64,000 nt of DNA from Capsulimonadaceae bacterium (lineage in GTDB: Bacteria > Armatimonadota > Armatimonadia > Armatimonadales > Capsulimonadaceae), in the NCBI GenBank assembly GCA_965215505.1, contig OZ244065.1:4960001-5024000 (forward strand), given 5' to 3'. A program made the position numbers and the translations under genes. Under the pieces are notes generated by a model. It had not been told where the DNA came from. It did not search any database and worked only from the letters and a program-made list of their open reading frames with translations. How positions within the stretch are numbered: position 1 is the stretch's first letter; every line of letters starts with the position of its first letter. Of this stretch, positions 29,291 through 39,400 are shown in pieces.

Positions 29291-30118
29291 ATGCCGGAAC
29301 TGCCGGAAGTGGAGACGCTGCGGCGCGGGCTGGAGCAGCATTTGACGGGGCGGACCATCGGCGGCGTGCGCGTGTACGTCGCCAAAATGATCAAGGGAAC
29401 CTTCCCCGATCCCGACGTGTTTGGATACCGTCTGCAAGGCGCGCGAATCGAATCCGTTGGCCGCCGCGGCAAGCACTTGATTATCGCGCTACATTCGGGG
29501 TATTATCTACTGCTTCACTTGAATATGCGCGGCCAGTTGCTCGTGACGCCTTCGGACACGCCGGAGGCGAAGTATTTGGCGGCGGCCTTCGTTCTGGACG
29601 ACGGGCAGGAGCTTCGCTTCCACGACATGTGGACCTGGGGCGAGATGCGGCTGGTGTCCCGGGAAGAGCTGGCGGCACACCCCGCTCTAGCCGCGATGGG
29701 GCCGGAACCGTTCTCGGAAGAGTGGACGCCCCGGCAGTTCTCGGAGGGCCTGGCGCGGCGGCCTAAGACCGCGATAAAAACTATTTTGCTGGACCAGGGT
29801 CTTGTCGCCGGGGTTGGCAACATTTATGCAGATGAGTCACTGTACCGGTCGGGAATCCACCCGCTCCGTCCGGCGGCTTCGCTGAACGAAGCCGAAACTG
29901 AGCGGCTGCACCGCGAGATCCGGGCCGTTCTGCACGAAGCGACGGACGGCGGCGGGACGACGAGCGACAACTATGTGGACGCGGAAGGGCGAGTCGGGCG
30001 GTATGTGCCGCGCGTGTATGACCGGAATGGTCAGCCCTGCCTTTCCTGCGGACGGCCGCTCACGAAGATCCGCGTGACCGGACGCGGGACCGTCTACTGC
30101 GAGTCCTGTCAGACATAA
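29291..30118 (+). CDS. mutM: Formamidopyrimidine-DNA glycosylase
   Basis: MPELPEVE, RRGKHL, GVGNIYADESL, C-terminal C4 zinc finger. Confidence 0.96.
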   Translation: MPELPEVETLRRGLEQHLTGRTIGGVRVYVAKMIKGTFPDPDVFGYRLQGARIESVGRRGKHLIIALHSGYYLLLHLNMRGQLLVTPSDTPEAKYLAAAFVLDDGQELRFHDMWTWGEMRLVSREELAAHPALAAMGPEPFSEEWTPRQFSEGLARRPKTAIKTILLDQGLVAGVGNIYADESLYRSGIHPLRPAASLNEAETERLHREIRAVLHEATDGGGTTSDNYVDAEGRVGRYVPRVYDRNGQPCLSCGRPLTKIRVTGRGTVYCESCQT

Positions 30119-30190
30119 GAAATCTACGAGAACGAACACTGAACAATCCTGGGACAATCGTGTCCCTATGCTGAGGAGCACTACGAAATT

Positions 30191-31864
30191 ATGCCGGCCG
30201 TATCTGAAGATGTTGTGACGAGTGAGCAGACTGCCGCCCCGGCAGCGGGGGCAGCCCCCGAGTCCGTGGCGCAGGCGGCTTCCCCCGCCCCTGAAACTAA
30301 TGGGACGGCTCCTGCCGCCGGCCAGTCGAGCGCAAGCCCGATCAACAATGGTCAGCCCACCCCCGTGCCGGTCGCCCCTGCGCCGACCCCGCCGCCCGCC
30401 GCCCGTGAAGAGCAGCCCATGAGCCAGTCCGACTTTGAAAGCATGTTCAAAGAGCTGGCCGAGGGCGATGTCGTCATCGGGACCGTCGTCCACATAGACA
30501 AGGACGGCGTCCTGGTGGACGTCGGCAGTAAGAGTGAGGGCATCATCCGGCCCAACGAGCTTTCCCGTGAGCCTTACGACAACATCGAGGATGTCGTCAA
30601 GGTGAACGAGGAAGTCAAGGTGGTCGTCATCGGGCGGACCGACGAAGGCCAGCTCCTGCTGTCCAAGAAGCGTGCCGACTTCGAGAAGGCCTGGGACAAG
30701 GTCATCGAGGCCCTCAACAGCGGCGTCCTCCTGCACGCGATGGTCACCGAGCGCGTCAAGGGCGGCTTGGTTGTGGACCTGGGTATCCGGGGCTTTGTCC
30801 CCGCCTCTCACGTCGGCTCGGGCGACTTCAAGCACCAGAACCTGGACAAGTATGTCGGCCAGAGCATTGCCCTCAAGGTCATCGAGGTGGACCGCGACCG
30901 CCGCAAGGTCGTCCTGTCCAACCGTGAGGCGACCGAGGACGAGCGTCGGCAGCGCAAGGACGCCACGCTGGCCTCGCTCAAGGAAGGCGAGGTCCGCAAG
31001 GGCATCGTCCGCCGCGTCACCGACTACGGTGCCTTCATCGACCTGGGCGGCATTGACGGCCTGCTGCACGTCTCTGAGATGTCCTGGTCACGGGTCAAGC
31101 ACCCGAACGAGGTCCTGAAGAACGGCCAGGAACTGGACGTCATGATCCTCAAGCTCCGGCTGGATCAGGGCCGCATCAGCCTCGGCCTGCGCCAGATCCT
31201 CCCGGACCCCTGGACGCAGATCGGCGAGAAGTACAACGTCGGCGATGTCGTCAAGGTGGAAGTCTCCCGCCTTGTCCCCTTCGGCGCGTTCGTCGAGCTG
31301 GAGGAAGGCGTCGAGGCGATCATCCCGACCAGCGAGCTGGCCGAGCGCCGGATTGCCAAGCCGTCTGACGCAGTCAACCCCGGCGACATCGTCGAGGCGC
31401 GCATCATCGAGATGCGGACCGAAGAGCGCAAGATGACCCTCTCCATCCGCAGGATGGTGGAGAACGCCGTTCCCCAGCCGTATGTGCCCGAACCGGACCT
31501 CGGCGGGCGCGGCGGCGAGCGTAGCGGGCGCGGCGGCGAGCGTGGCGGACGTGACGGCCGGCCCGTCATCGGCGGCGAGCGCGAAGGCGGTCTGGCCCCT
31601 GCCCCGCCGCGCGACCGGCCCCGGCGTGAGCGCAGCGGCGGCGGTGGCGGCGGACGGAGCCGCGACATGAACTACGGCGGGGACTCGGAGGACGATTACA
31701 AGGAGTTCAAGAACTACCGCGCCAACCAGCGTGAGGAGACTTTCGGCACCAGCCTTGCCGATGTCTTCGGGAAGCTCGGGGCCGACCTCGGCGTGACCGA
31801 AGCCGAGCCGGAGGCTGACGCGGCAGCCGGGACGCCGACCGAAGGGACGTCAGAGAAAGAGTAA
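30191..31864 (+). CDS. rpsA: 30S ribosomal protein S1 (four S1 domains, low-complexity extensions)
   Basis: VDVGSKSEG, KGGLVVDLGIRGFVPASH, DYGAFIDLGGIDGLLHVSE, PFGAFVEL. Confidence 0.92.
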   Translation: MPAVSEDVVTSEQTAAPAAGAAPESVAQAASPAPETNGTAPAAGQSSASPINNGQPTPVPVAPAPTPPPAAREEQPMSQSDFESMFKELAEGDVVIGTVVHIDKDGVLVDVGSKSEGIIRPNELSREPYDNIEDVVKVNEEVKVVVIGRTDEGQLLLSKKRADFEKAWDKVIEALNSGVLLHAMVTERVKGGLVVDLGIRGFVPASHVGSGDFKHQNLDKYVGQSIALKVIEVDRDRRKVVLSNREATEDERRQRKDATLASLKEGEVRKGIVRRVTDYGAFIDLGGIDGLLHVSEMSWSRVKHPNEVLKNGQELDVMILKLRLDQGRISLGLRQILPDPWTQIGEKYNVGDVVKVEVSRLVPFGAFVELEEGVEAIIPTSELAERRIAKPSDAVNPGDIVEARIIEMRTEERKMTLSIRRMVENAVPQPYVPEPDLGGRGGERSGRGGERGGRDGRPVIGGEREGGLAPAPPRDRPRRERSGGGGGGRSRDMNYGGDSEDDYKEFKNYRANQREETFGTSLADVFGKLGADLGVTEAEPEADAAAGTPTEGTSEKE

Positions 31865-31876
31865 GCACCGACGCGC

Positions 31877-31906
31877 AAAGCCCCTGCATCCGCAGGGGCT
31901 TTTCTT
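31877..31906 (+). terminator. Intrinsic terminator after rpsA
   Basis: AAAGCCCCTGC-ATCC-GCAGGGGCTTTTCTT. Confidence 0.8.
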
Positions 31907-31916
31907 ATGGAACCCC

Positions 31917-32525
31917 ATGCGTATATTGGGCATCACCGGCGGCATCGCTACCGGAAAAAGCACTGTCACGCGGATGCTTGGTGATCTCGGCGCACCGACG
32001 ATCAGCGCCGACGCCCTCGCCCATGACCTGCTCGCACCGGGTACGCCGGCCACCCGCTCTGTCCTGGCCGCCTTCCCCGCCTGTGCCGACCCTGCTGACC
32101 CTGAAGGGCTGACCGTTGATCGCCGCGCCCTGGGCCAAACCGTCTTCGCCGACCCCGCCGCCCGCGCCCGGCTTGAGTCGTTGACCCATCCCGCCATCAT
32201 CGCCGCCCTGCGCGAGCAGATCGCCCTCTGGCGTTTATCGGGCGAGGCAAAAGCCGCCGCCGCTGAGATTCCCTTGCTGTTCGAGGCCCGCCTGGAGTCC
32301 CTCGTGGACCGCATCGTCGTCGTCACCTGCTCCCGCTCAGACCAGCTCTCTCGGATGCTGGCACGGGGAAGGTCCAATGCGGAAGAAGTCCATCGCCAGC
32401 TCGCCGCCCAGTGGCCTCTCGCCCGGAAAGAGGCACGTGCCGATTACCTCATCACGGCCGATGACTTTGATGATGGCATGAAAAATACGCGCCGCCAAGT
32501 TGAGGCGCTTTGGGACACCCTATGA
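31917..32525 (+). CDS. coaE: Dephospho-CoA kinase
   Basis: [34 protein letters not shown]. Confidence 0.95.
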   Translation: MRILGITGGIATGKSTVTRMLGDLGAPTISADALAHDLLAPGTPATRSVLAAFPACADPADPEGLTVDRRALGQTVFADPAARARLESLTHPAIIAALREQIALWRLSGEAKAAAAEIPLLFEARLESLVDRIVVVTCSRSDQLSRMLARGRSNAEEVHRQLAAQWPLARKEARADYLITADDFDDGMKNTRRQVEALWDTL

Positions 32526-33079
32526 CCGACACACAAGCCCATCAAGGCTTCACGCTCTGGCTGACCGGCCTGTCCGGGTCCGGCAAGTCCACGCTGACCG
32601 GCCACCTCGCCCGGCTCTTCCGAGAGCGCGGCTACCGGGTGGAGCTGCTCGACGGCGACGAGGTGCGGACGCACCTGTCCAAAGGGCTGACCTTCTCCAA
32701 GGAAGACCGGGACATCAATGTCCGCCGCATCGGCTATGTCGCCCGCCTCCTGGCCCGCAACGGCGTCATCGCCCTGACGGCAGCCATCTCCCCCTACAAA
32801 GACGTTCGCGCCGAGGTCCGCGCCGAACACAAGGCCGACGGCGTCCCCTTCATCGAGGTATACGCCGAGGCCACTCTGGACGCCCTGGCCGAGCGGGACG
32901 TGAAGGGGCTTTACAAAAAAGCTCTGGCGGGGGAAATCCCCCACTTCACCGGCGTCTCCGACCCCTACGAGCCGCCGACGCACCCCGAAGTCTCCGTCCG
33001 CACGGACCGGGACACGGTGGAGCAGTCACTAAAGCAGATATTGGAAGAGCTAACGCGGCGGGGACTGATTGGGGAATAG
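32522..33079 (+). CDS. cysC: Adenylyl-sulfate kinase
   Basis: [45 protein letters not shown]. Confidence 0.95.
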   Translation: MTDTQAHQGFTLWLTGLSGSGKSTLTGHLARLFRERGYRVELLDGDEVRTHLSKGLTFSKEDRDINVRRIGYVARLLARNGVIALTAAISPYKDVRAEVRAEHKADGVPFIEVYAEATLDALAERDVKGLYKKALAGEIPHFTGVSDPYEPPTHPEVSVRTDRDTVEQSLKQILEELTRRGLIGE

Positions 33080-33084
33080 GCAAA

Positions 33085-33116
33085 GAAAAAGAGGACCATT
33101 TCTGGTCCTCTTTTTC
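33085..33116. terminator. Bidirectional terminator between cysC and tRNA-Glu
   Basis: GAAAAAGAGGACCA-TTTC-TGGTCCTCTTTTTC. Confidence 0.88.
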
Positions 33117-33121
33117 CGTCA

Positions 33122-33193
33122 TAGCCCGTAGGGGAGTCGAACCCCTCTTACCGGCGTGAAAAGCCGATGTCCTAACCGATGAACGAACGGGCC
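33122..33193 (-). tRNA. tRNA-Glu (TTC), CCA not encoded
   Basis: GGCCCGT acceptor stem pairing with ACGGGCT, D-loop GGTTAG, anticodon arm TCGGC-TTTCACG-CCGG region with TTC, T-loop GGTTCGACTCC. Confidence 0.95.
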
Positions 33194-33837
33194 GTAAGTG
33201 CAAGGGTCATCCAGCGCCCTAGCTTCTGTCGTATTTCAGTGTGAGAAGCACCTATTTGGCAAGTGCCATGAGCCTGCAAATTGCCTTTTTTGCCGTCACT
33301 CGCGCGGCTGACAGCCCTGCTCGTTTGATGAAACTGTGTTTCCGGCAGTCCAGTGACTCCGCGCCAGTAGCTTTCTACACTCTCCACCGAAATTCCAGGG
33401 TGCAGATGTATGGCGCATCGCAGAGAAGAATATGGAACACCAATCATCAGGAAGAACTCTAAAGCCTTCTGAATGACGCGCGGGTCGCAGTTGGCAATGC
33501 ACATATCATTCTGCTTCGTCTTGCTACCTTCACCAATGTAAAGTGCAAGTCCGAACATGAACTGTGCATCCTGCGAGAGAGTTATGTACTCCTCTTCCGC
33601 TTGGCGGTGATAGCCCGCCCAGCGCGTGTCGCGCCGAACACGCATCTTGTGGATGAACTTCTCGCGACCCGCCCGGAACTTGCAGGCGAGGGCGGCGATT
33701 TGCTCCTCCGTCAGCGGAATATCGCGCAGCCATAGGCTTAACGTGCTTTTGGAGACGCCGACTTCCTTAAGGATGTCGTTGTAGCTCCAGCCCAACCCGC
33801 GCAGCTCCCGCGCCCTCTGCTTTTCCTCGAACCTCAT
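33172..33837 (-). CDS. HTH plus LAGLIDADG-like domain protein overlapping the tRNA-Glu 5' end
   Basis: ARELRGLGWSYNDI...GVSKSTLSLWLRDI (HTH); GLALYIGEGSK, ANCDP, YWRGVTGLP..QF, HGTC; lower GC than neighbours. Confidence 0.75.
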   Translation of the reverse strand: MRFEEKQRARELRGLGWSYNDILKEVGVSKSTLSLWLRDIPLTEEQIAALACKFRAGREKFIHKMRVRRDTRWAGYHRQAEEEYITLSQDAQFMFGLALYIGEGSKTKQNDMCIANCDPRVIQKALEFFLMIGVPYSSLRCAIHLHPGISVESVESYWRGVTGLPETQFHQTSRAVSRASDGKKGNLQAHGTCQIGASHTEIRQKLGRWMTLALTARSFIG

Positions 33838-33877
33838 GTCCCCAGCGGCCTCCCTGGCACGAAAACGCGGCAGGAGA

Positions 33878-33907
33878 ATGATACCCAAACCGCCCGGCCT
33901 TTGTCAA
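33878..33907 (-). promoter_or_regulatory. Sigma70-type promoter upstream of the ORF/tRNA-Glu unit
   Basis: TTGACA-18 bp-TATCAT. Confidence 0.6.
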
Positions 33908-33964
33908 CTCCTGGGGAGAAAACAAAGCCGGGCGGCAGGGTAGGGGGCCTCCGAAGTCTGCTGT

Positions 33965-34534
33965 TTAAGGTAGGGTAGCGGCGAGACGCATCTGCGCGGG
34001 CAGGACGCGGCGGGCGCCCGCATAGTGGGCGACGTAGTAGCCGTCGCCGAGGCTGTCCATGCGGACGCCCTTATGGGCGTTGGCCGCGTGGATGAACTTG
34101 CCCCCGCCGGCGTAGATGCCGACATGGGAAATGCCGCGCTTGTAGGTGTTCTTGAAGAAGACCAGGTCGCCCGGCTGGAGCTGGTCGTTCGAGATCGGCG
34201 TCCCGTGGATGTACTGCTCGGTCGCCGTGCGCGGCAGGGCCACGCCGTCGGTCGCGCCGAGGATGTAGCGGACGAAGCCGGAGCAGTCGAAGCCCGAGCG
34301 GGACGTGCCGCCCATCACATAGCGCGTTCCGCGGAAGGCATAGGCGGCCTGGACGGCGTTGCCGCTGGCGATGGCCCTGTTCTGGTCCTGCCGGTGGGCG
34401 AGCGTCGCCGTGTGGGTGGCGGCGGAGTGGTGGGAGCGGTGGGCGAGGCCCGCCTGGGCGGGGAGCAGGAGCGAAGCGGCACAGGCCAGCAGCGCCGCTG
34501 GCTTGCGGTCAAAAGTCAGTCGAGACAAAAGCAA
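33965..34534 (-). CDS. NlpC/P60 (C40) cell-wall peptidase
   Basis: GTRYVMGG...GFDCSGF, LPRTA..Q, LQPGDLVFF, SHVGIY.G.GKFIHA; signal peptide. Confidence 0.93.
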   Translation of the reverse strand: MLLSRLTFDRKPAALLACAASLLLPAQAGLAHRSHHSAATHTATLAHRQDQNRAIASGNAVQAAYAFRGTRYVMGGTSRSGFDCSGFVRYILGATDGVALPRTATEQYIHGTPISNDQLQPGDLVFFKNTYKRGISHVGIYAGGGKFIHAANAHKGVRMDSLGDGYYVAHYAGARRVLPAQMRLAATLP

Positions 34535-34647
34535 AAGTTCCTTTCGGGTTCATCTTTGGATCGCCGGCCGTAAATCTTAGGTGGCCGACGTGGGAAAGAC
34601 TATCCGCGAAGGCGGCACAGTCCGTGAGAGGGTCGGAAAAGGTGCGG

Positions 34648-34718
34648 CGAACACATTATAGTGTTCGTGCAATTTTTCACAACCAGGACATTCTAACACA
34701 AACAAGACGTTTTTGCAA
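34648..34718 (-). promoter_or_regulatory. Tandem promoter candidates and palindrome upstream of the NlpC/P60 gene
   Basis: TTGCAA-17-TAGAAT (34718-34690); TATAAT (34660-34655) centred in CGAACAC-N6-GTGTTCG (34648-34667). Confidence 0.5.
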
Positions 34719-34870
34719 GCCGAACCCGGTAAATTTGCGGATTCGCCCGAAACCGGGGCCTGGCCTCGTCCGCCTCGGCCATATGCGTCCGGGGGCTTGG
34801 CCTTGCTATATGGGCACGTTTGCGATATAATAGCCGTATTCAGTTACGGCAGGAAAAGAACACGCGCCTT

Positions 34871-35566
34871 ATGTCTGAAGATGTCGGCTTCCTGCTCCGG
34901 GGCGGCCCCGTGATGTGGCCCCTGTTTCTCTGCGGCGTGGTCAGCGTCGCCGTCATGATCGAGCGTTTCCTCGCCATCGGCGCCGCCGTCCGGGACAACG
35001 AAGCTTTAATGAGCCGCATCTCCACACTGCTCAAGGCCGGGCAGGCCGCCGACGCCCTGGCCTTCTGCGAGCAGTCGCCGGGGCGGATCGCCAAAGTGGT
35101 CGCGGGCGGCCTGCGCTCCGCCCACCTGGACCGCGACCGGATCGAGCGTTCGATGGAGGAGTCGGCCCTGAGAGAGCTGCCCACCCTCTATGACCGCCTG
35201 GGCGTGCTGGACACCATCGTCACCCTCGCCCCCCTCCTGGGGCTACTGGGGACAGTCACCGGCATGATCCACGCCTTCCACGTCGTCGGCTCGGCGGCGG
35301 GCCTGGGCGGCAACCCGAACGCCATCACCAGCGGCGTCTCCGAGGCCCTGGTCGCCACCAGCGTCGGCCTGACCATCGCCATCGTGACCCTGCCCGCCTA
35401 CAACTTCCTGACCGAGCGTGTCAAGGAGAACGTCGGCGAGATGGAGCTGCGCGCCGCCCAGTTCCTGAACGTGGTCGCGGCGATGGACTACGACGAGGCC
35501 CAGAAGACTCAGGCCGAGGCAACGGCTCAGAAGGACGGAGAAACCCATGAAGCTGTCGCGCGGTGA
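34871..35566 (+). CDS. exbB: MotA/TolQ/ExbB proton channel protein
   Basis: GGPVMWPL, APLLGLLGTVTGMI.AF, GVSEALVAT.VGL.IAI. Confidence 0.92.
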   Translation: MSEDVGFLLRGGPVMWPLFLCGVVSVAVMIERFLAIGAAVRDNEALMSRISTLLKAGQAADALAFCEQSPGRIAKVVAGGLRSAHLDRDRIERSMEESALRELPTLYDRLGVLDTIVTLAPLLGLLGTVTGMIHAFHVVGSAAGLGGNPNAITSGVSEALVATSVGLTIAIVTLPAYNFLTERVKENVGEMELRAAQFLNVVAAMDYDEAQKTQAEATAQKDGETHEAVAR

Positions 35567-35963
35567 GATGAAGCGGGCACGGATCGAGATCATCCCGATG
35601 ATCGACACGATCTTCTTCCTGCTAGTCTTCTTCATGATCACCAGCCTCTCCATGGTGCCCATGTCCGCCCACCGGGTGGACCTGCCCTCCAGCGAAACCG
35701 CCGCGCTGAAGCCGCAGGAGAAGGTCGTCGTCACCATCTCCAAAGAGGGCGACTTCTATGTGGACCGGGAGCGCGTGGCCGAGGGCCAGATCAAGCCGCT
35801 CGTCGCCGCCCGCGTCAGCGAGAACCCGGCCGTCGCCGTCATCATCAACTGCGACAAGGACCAGAAGCTGGACAAGTTCCAGCGCGCCTTCGACCTGATC
35901 AAGCAAGCCAACGCCGGCACCGTGATGATCGCCACCGCGCCCGAAGCGCCTTCGCAGCCTTAG
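35547..35963 (+). CDS. exbD: ExbD/TolR protein
   Basis: [19 protein letters not shown] with conserved TM Asp; VDLP; INCDK. Confidence 0.92.
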   Translation: MKLSRGEMKRARIEIIPMIDTIFFLLVFFMITSLSMVPMSAHRVDLPSSETAALKPQEKVVVTISKEGDFYVDRERVAEGQIKPLVAARVSENPAVAVIINCDKDQKLDKFQRAFDLIKQANAGTVMIATAPEAPSQP

Positions 35964-35988
35964 AGTATCAGAGGATGCCGAGACCACG

Positions 35989-36492
35989 ATGAAGTTCCCG
36001 CCCCGCCAGATCAAGCGCGCTCGGATCGAGATCATCCCGATGATTGATACGATCTTCTTCCTGCTGGTCTTCTTCATGATCACCAGCCTCTCCATGGTCC
36101 GCATGAAGGCCATGACCGTCGTCCTGCCCCGCAACACGCCCCCCGCCGCCGCGAACGCCCCCGCGGGCAACGCCGCCGACCGGCAGCACCTCGTCATCCT
36201 GACCGTCAGCGACGCGGGCGGCTACTACCTGGGGACGCGCCGGATCGCGCCCGAGGCTTTGGGGGCCGCCCTGCAATCGCGGGCCACCTCGGACCCCCAC
36301 GCTGTGGTCGTCCTGAACGTCGCCAAGTCGCAAACCGCCCAGACGCTCATCAAGATCATGGACGCCGTCAACCGTGTCCGCACCCCCGACGGGCAGCCCG
36401 TCTCGGCCCTGATGGCGACGGAACCCGTGGACCAGACGGGACACGCCCTCACTGTGCCGCCCCTGCCGAGTGGAAACCAAGCAAGCCCATGA
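35989..36492 (+). CDS. exbD: ExbD/TolR protein (second paralogue)
   Basis: Identical TM segment [29 protein letters not shown]; divergent periplasmic domain. Confidence 0.9.
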   Translation: MKFPPRQIKRARIEIIPMIDTIFFLLVFFMITSLSMVRMKAMTVVLPRNTPPAAANAPAGNAADRQHLVILTVSDAGGYYLGTRRIAPEALGAALQSRATSDPHAVVVLNVAKSQTAQTLIKIMDAVNRVRTPDGQPVSALMATEPVDQTGHALTVPPLPSGNQASP

Positions 36493-39400
36493 ACAAAAAG
36501 AAGCGGATCGCCGTCGCCTACCTGGCCTCGTTCCTGCTCAACGGGGTCTTCTGGCTGGTCTACGCCCGCGAGCTGCGTCAGGCGGGGGCCACCCCGCCCA
36601 AGCCCGCCCCCGCCGCCAGCAGCTTCAAGCCCCTCGTCCTGGGCCAGTTCAAGCCCCTCCCGCGCCGCGAACTCCCGCCGCCCGCCACGCGCGCGGCGAA
36701 TGCGCCCAGCGGGATGAAGGCCGGCGAAACCGGCGCGAATGGCAGGCCCGGTACGGCGGACGCCTCCCGCTCCGCTTCCCTAGACAGCCGCCCGGACCAG
36801 GCCGCGTCCGCTTCGGGGGCCGCCGCCCAGGCCGCCGGGCTGTCCGCGGGCGCAAACGCTTCCCGCCCTGGCCTCACGGCGTCGGGTGCCGCCGGTCAGG
36901 CCCCGGCCGCTTCGGCAGGCCTCGCCCCGGCGGGGCTGAAGGCGGCCGTCCAGGGCGGGAAGCAGGCCGTGGGAGGCAGCCGCGCCTCGCTGACGGCGCA
37001 CGGTCAGGCAGGCAAGACCGGGGCAGCAGTCCGGGTGGCGTCCGCGCAGACCCCGTCCGGCACCTCCTCCAGCCATGACGACTTGGCCGCCTCCGAGAAC
37101 GGCGGCGACAGCGCCGCGTCCGCCGCCGCCGTCCGCGCGCAGGCCCTGGCCGCCGCCCGCCTGGCCCTGCTCCAGTCCGCCGCACTCAAGGCGGCCATTC
37201 CGACCGACAAAGACGGCAGCGATAAAGACGGCAAAGACGCGAAGAACCCCGAGCCGGAGAAGGCGAAGGCCGACAAGCAGAAGCCCCCGCCCCCCGGCCA
37301 GAAGGTCGCCCTCAAAGTCATCAAGATGTGGACCCCCCGGCCCGGCCAGAAGTTCAACCTGGCGACGAGTCTGAACATTACCCTCCCGCCGACCCTGACG
37401 CTGGTTCCCGGCCCCCCGCTGACCCCGGAGCAGATGGAAGAGATCCAGAAGCTCCTGCGCCAGCAGAAGCTCAAGCATGTGACGCTTGACCGCAAGCAGC
37501 TCAAAAAGCTGATCGCCGCCCAGCGCATCGCTGAGGACACCAAAAAGCCGGACCAGAAGCAGCCCGGCGACGAGGGCCGCAAGCGCGAAGCCAAGCGCGA
37601 GCAGAAGCCGCGTGTCGCCAAGCCGCGCACCGCCTCCGCGCGCCGCCCCGCCCCCGCCAAGATCGCCATGGCGCGGCCCCGGTCGCCGTTCACCTACAAG
37701 CAGTGGAACAGCGACATGCTCCGCCGCTGGCAGCCGACCTCGCCTGCCGCCGAAGCCGCCCAGGGCGGTGCTGCGGGTGATCCTTCCCAGCGAGTCGCAA
37801 GCAACGGACAGCCCGGCCAAGACCCGGCCTCCCCCCTGGCGCTCCACCCGCCGGACGGTCAGGCGGACGGAGTCCCTGGCACGAATGCCGAGCCTCAGCC
37901 CGGCGCTGCGGGGACGCCCGGCGCTGCACCCGTTGGACCGCCAGGGGCAGACGGAACTCCGAACGCCGCTAACAATCCCCCCGCGTTGGGAACACCTGCC
38001 AACCCCACGACAGGCCAAGCAGGAGCGCAAGGCCAAGCAGGAGCGCAACCTGGTGCTAACGCAGGGCAGCCCGGCGCACCGGCAGGGCAGCCCGGTCAGG
38101 CAGGAGCGCAGGCGGGTCAGCAAGGTTTAGCCGGTCAACAGGGCGTACAGGGCCAGCCTGGAGGGCCAACGACGGGGGCCGCAGGCAATCCATCAAACCA
38201 GGGGAACACCCAGAACGGCCAGCCTGGTGCGCCGCCCGCGTCACCTGCCAATCCCGGTGGTGCCGCTGGGTCAGCGGGCCAGCCCGTGACTCAGGGCACC
38301 CCGCCCACAGCGAGTCAGGGCGGCCAGCCTGGTGCGGCTGGTGGGCCAGCAGGCCAGCCCGGCGGACAAAACACACCGCCGACGGGACAGCCAGGGCAGC
38401 CAAACAACCCGGCCGGTCAGGCCGGTCAACCTGGCCAGCCAGGGGCGCAAGGCCAGCCAGGGGCGCAAGGCCAGCCAGGGGCGCAAGGCCAGCCAGGGGC
38501 GCAAGGCCAGCCAGGGGCGCAAGGCCAGCCAGGGGCGCAAGGCCAGCCAGGGGCGCAAGGCCAGCCAGGGGCGCAAGGCCAGCCAGGGGCGCAAGGCCAG
38601 CCAGGGGCGCAAGGCCAGCCAGGGGCGCAAGGCCAGCCAGGAGGAGCGGCAGGACAGCCGGGCGCGGCGGCGGGTTCTCCAAACCCGCCCGCGCCCGGCA
38701 ATCCGGGTCAGCCCGGCAATCCGGGTCAGCCCGGCAATCCGGGTCAGCCCGGCAATCCGGGTCAGCCCGGCAATCCGGGTCAGCCCGGCAATCCGGGTCA
38801 GCCCGGCAATCCGGGTCAGCCCGGCAATCCGGGTCAGCCCGGCAATCCGGGTCAGCCCGGCAATCCGGGTCAGCCCGGCAATCCGGGTCAGCCCGGCAAT
38901 CCGGGTCAGCCCGGCAATCCGGGTCAGCCCGGCAATCCGGGTCAGCCCGGCAATCCGGGTCAGCCCGGCAATCCGGGTGGCAACCCTCCTGCCGGTCAAC
39001 AAGGCGGGCAAGGACAGCCTGGTCAGCCGGGGCAACCGGGCGGTCAGCCGGGTGCTAACGCTGCTCCGCAAGGTGTGCCGGGCGGACCAGCAGGACAGCA
39101 GGGGCAACCTGGGGCGCAGGGTAATCAACAGGGCGCGAATGAAGGCCAGCCCGGAGGCCAGCCCGGAGGCCAGCCCGGAGGCCAGCCCGGAGGCCAGCCC
39201 GGAGGCCAGCCCGGAGGCCAGCCCGGAGGCCAGCCCGGAGGCCAGCCCGGAGGCCAGCCCGGAGGCCAGCCCGGAGGCCAGCCCGGAGGCCAGCCCGGAG
39301 GCCAGCCCGGAGGCCAGCCCGGAGGCCAGCCCGGAGGCCAGCCCGGAGGCCAGCCCGGAGGCCAGCCCGGAGGCCAGCCCGGAGGCCAGCCCGGAGGCCA

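Noticed and set aside
33122-33193. tRNA-Glu as integration site of an island or prophage
   Set aside because: No integrase and no duplicated tRNA 3' end seen in the window
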